DNA of 64,000 nucleotides from Setoptus koraiensis (Eukaryota; Animalia; Arthropoda): NCBI GenBank assembly GCA_048013815.1, contig CM106586.1, positions 17,298,001 to 17,362,000 of the forward strand, read 5' to 3'. Shown piece by piece: positions 62,765 to 64,000 of this stretch (position 1 is its first letter; each line of letters starts with the position of its first letter). The notes under the pieces were generated by a model. It saw only the letters and a program-made list of their open reading frames with translations, ran no database searches and was not told where the DNA came from. The position numbers and the translations under genes were made by a program.

Positions 62765-64000
62765 ATGCAACAAGTTTGGAGGGAGGCATCGTCGCTCATC
62801 ATAGTGACTAGGGCTTCACTCAGGACAACAATAGAGTCAGAAAACGCAATTATAAAATCAACTATTATTGATGGCGTCACACATTATAAATCCAATAGCG
62901 AAATTAATTTAAATTCAACACTAAATAATAGTAGGCCTACGCATGATCACAATGAGAGAATGTCAACAAAATTATCTAATACTGACTACAGGGTGATGAT
63001 GGTAAAACGTAGCGGACTGAGCTCATTTTTAGCCTCTGCTTACGTATTTCCTGGCGGCAGAGCCGAGCTAGCCGATTTCTCTTCTAGGTGGTGGGATTTA
63101 TTCAAGAGATTCAATTTAACGCACGAAGACATGTCTGTTTTTTCACAATCAATATCTGGCCCAAGGCCGTCCATAATCACTAACCCAACCATCCTAAAGA
63201 ATGCTTCCAACATTACACATCCTGAGAATTTCCTGCCAGCTGATATTGGTTTTAGGATATCGGCATTACGTGAGACTTTTGAGGAGACGGGCGTGCTACT
63301 ATTGACACGTCCGGGCGACGACGCCGATTCATATCAGCCATTGTCTGATCGCGACAATGTCAATGTCAATCTGTCCATGTGGAGAGATAAAATTAGAAAG
63401 GATCCTGCAATGTTTTTAGAATTGTGCTTGGAAACAAATTTGTGTCCTCATTTATGGTGCCTATATGAATGGTGGAATTGGTTGACACCAACCAGTGTGG
63501 GTCACAAGAGATGTGACACAATGTTTTATGTTTGCTTTCTCGAGGTTGAGCCTAAGGTTGTTCTCGACAATGAGGAGGTTACAACACTTAAATGGTGCAC
63601 ACCATCGGGAATGTTAGATGAACATTCGACAGCGGACGTGTTCCTTGCCCCTCCACAAGTGTATGAGTTATCCAGATTGTGTAATTTTACAGAATTTGAT
63701 TCACTAAGACAATTTGCCATTGAACGTCAGTCAGAAGGAATTGAACGATGGTTGCCGGTAATTTCCACATATCAGGACGGAGCTATAGCTCTGTTGCCAG
63801 GTGAGAGAGACATACAACTCGATATCGACTGTTCTTCTATTCGAATTTGTTTGCTAAACTAACCAATTACTCTCTATCAATTTTTAACATGTGTTACAGG
63901 CGACGAGTTTTATCCGGAGAAGCCCGATTATCATGGCCGAAAGCCTGTTCCAGATTATCCAGACACATTGGCCAATATGGCTAGCAAGGCCAAGACTTGG
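62765..64000 (+). CDS. NUDT19: Nudix hydrolase 19-like, copy B (runs off the window end)
   Basis: Exon 62765-63800, 99-nt intron 63801-63899, exon from 63900; same motifs as copy A. Confidence 0.9.
62983..64000. repeat. Near-perfect inverted repeat arm pairing with 60069-61086
   Basis: The reverse complement of 60069-61086 matches; I found ~5 differences, 4 intronic and 1 synonymous. Confidence 0.95.

Noticed and set aside
1-64000. CRISPR arrays, rRNA, tRNA and prokaryotic defence systems
   Set aside because: None seen. The tandem repeats lack unique spacers and the DNA is eukaryotic with spliceosomal introns.

Overview
Eukaryotic (arthropod-like) genomic DNA. The intron-poor genes, N/Q-rich protein insertions and dense microsatellites suggest a streamlined acariform mite genome, possibly eriophyoid (inference only). 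The window has four parts. (1) 1-18 kb: a gene-dense, intronless block containing Clock, Edc4/Ge-1, a miniature ASPM-like gene with a 60-bp tandem IQ-like array, a CARD-only Apaf-1-like gene, Vps18, and a cluster of two intact plus two pseudogenised secreted-protein paralogs with no recognisable family. (2) 18-38 kb: a gene-poor, repeat-rich stretch with transposon fossils and a 500-N assembly gap. (3) 38-59 kb: a spliced Pde11 with a very long low-complexity N-terminus, a secreted Gln-rich protein and a 4-exon SRD5A3. (4) 60-64 kb: two head-to-head NUDT19 copies, nearly identical in their 3' kilobase but diverged at the 5' end. The best novelty candidates are the secreted-protein birth-and-death cluster (candidate salivary/effector family), the mini-ASPM and the inverted NUDT19 pair.
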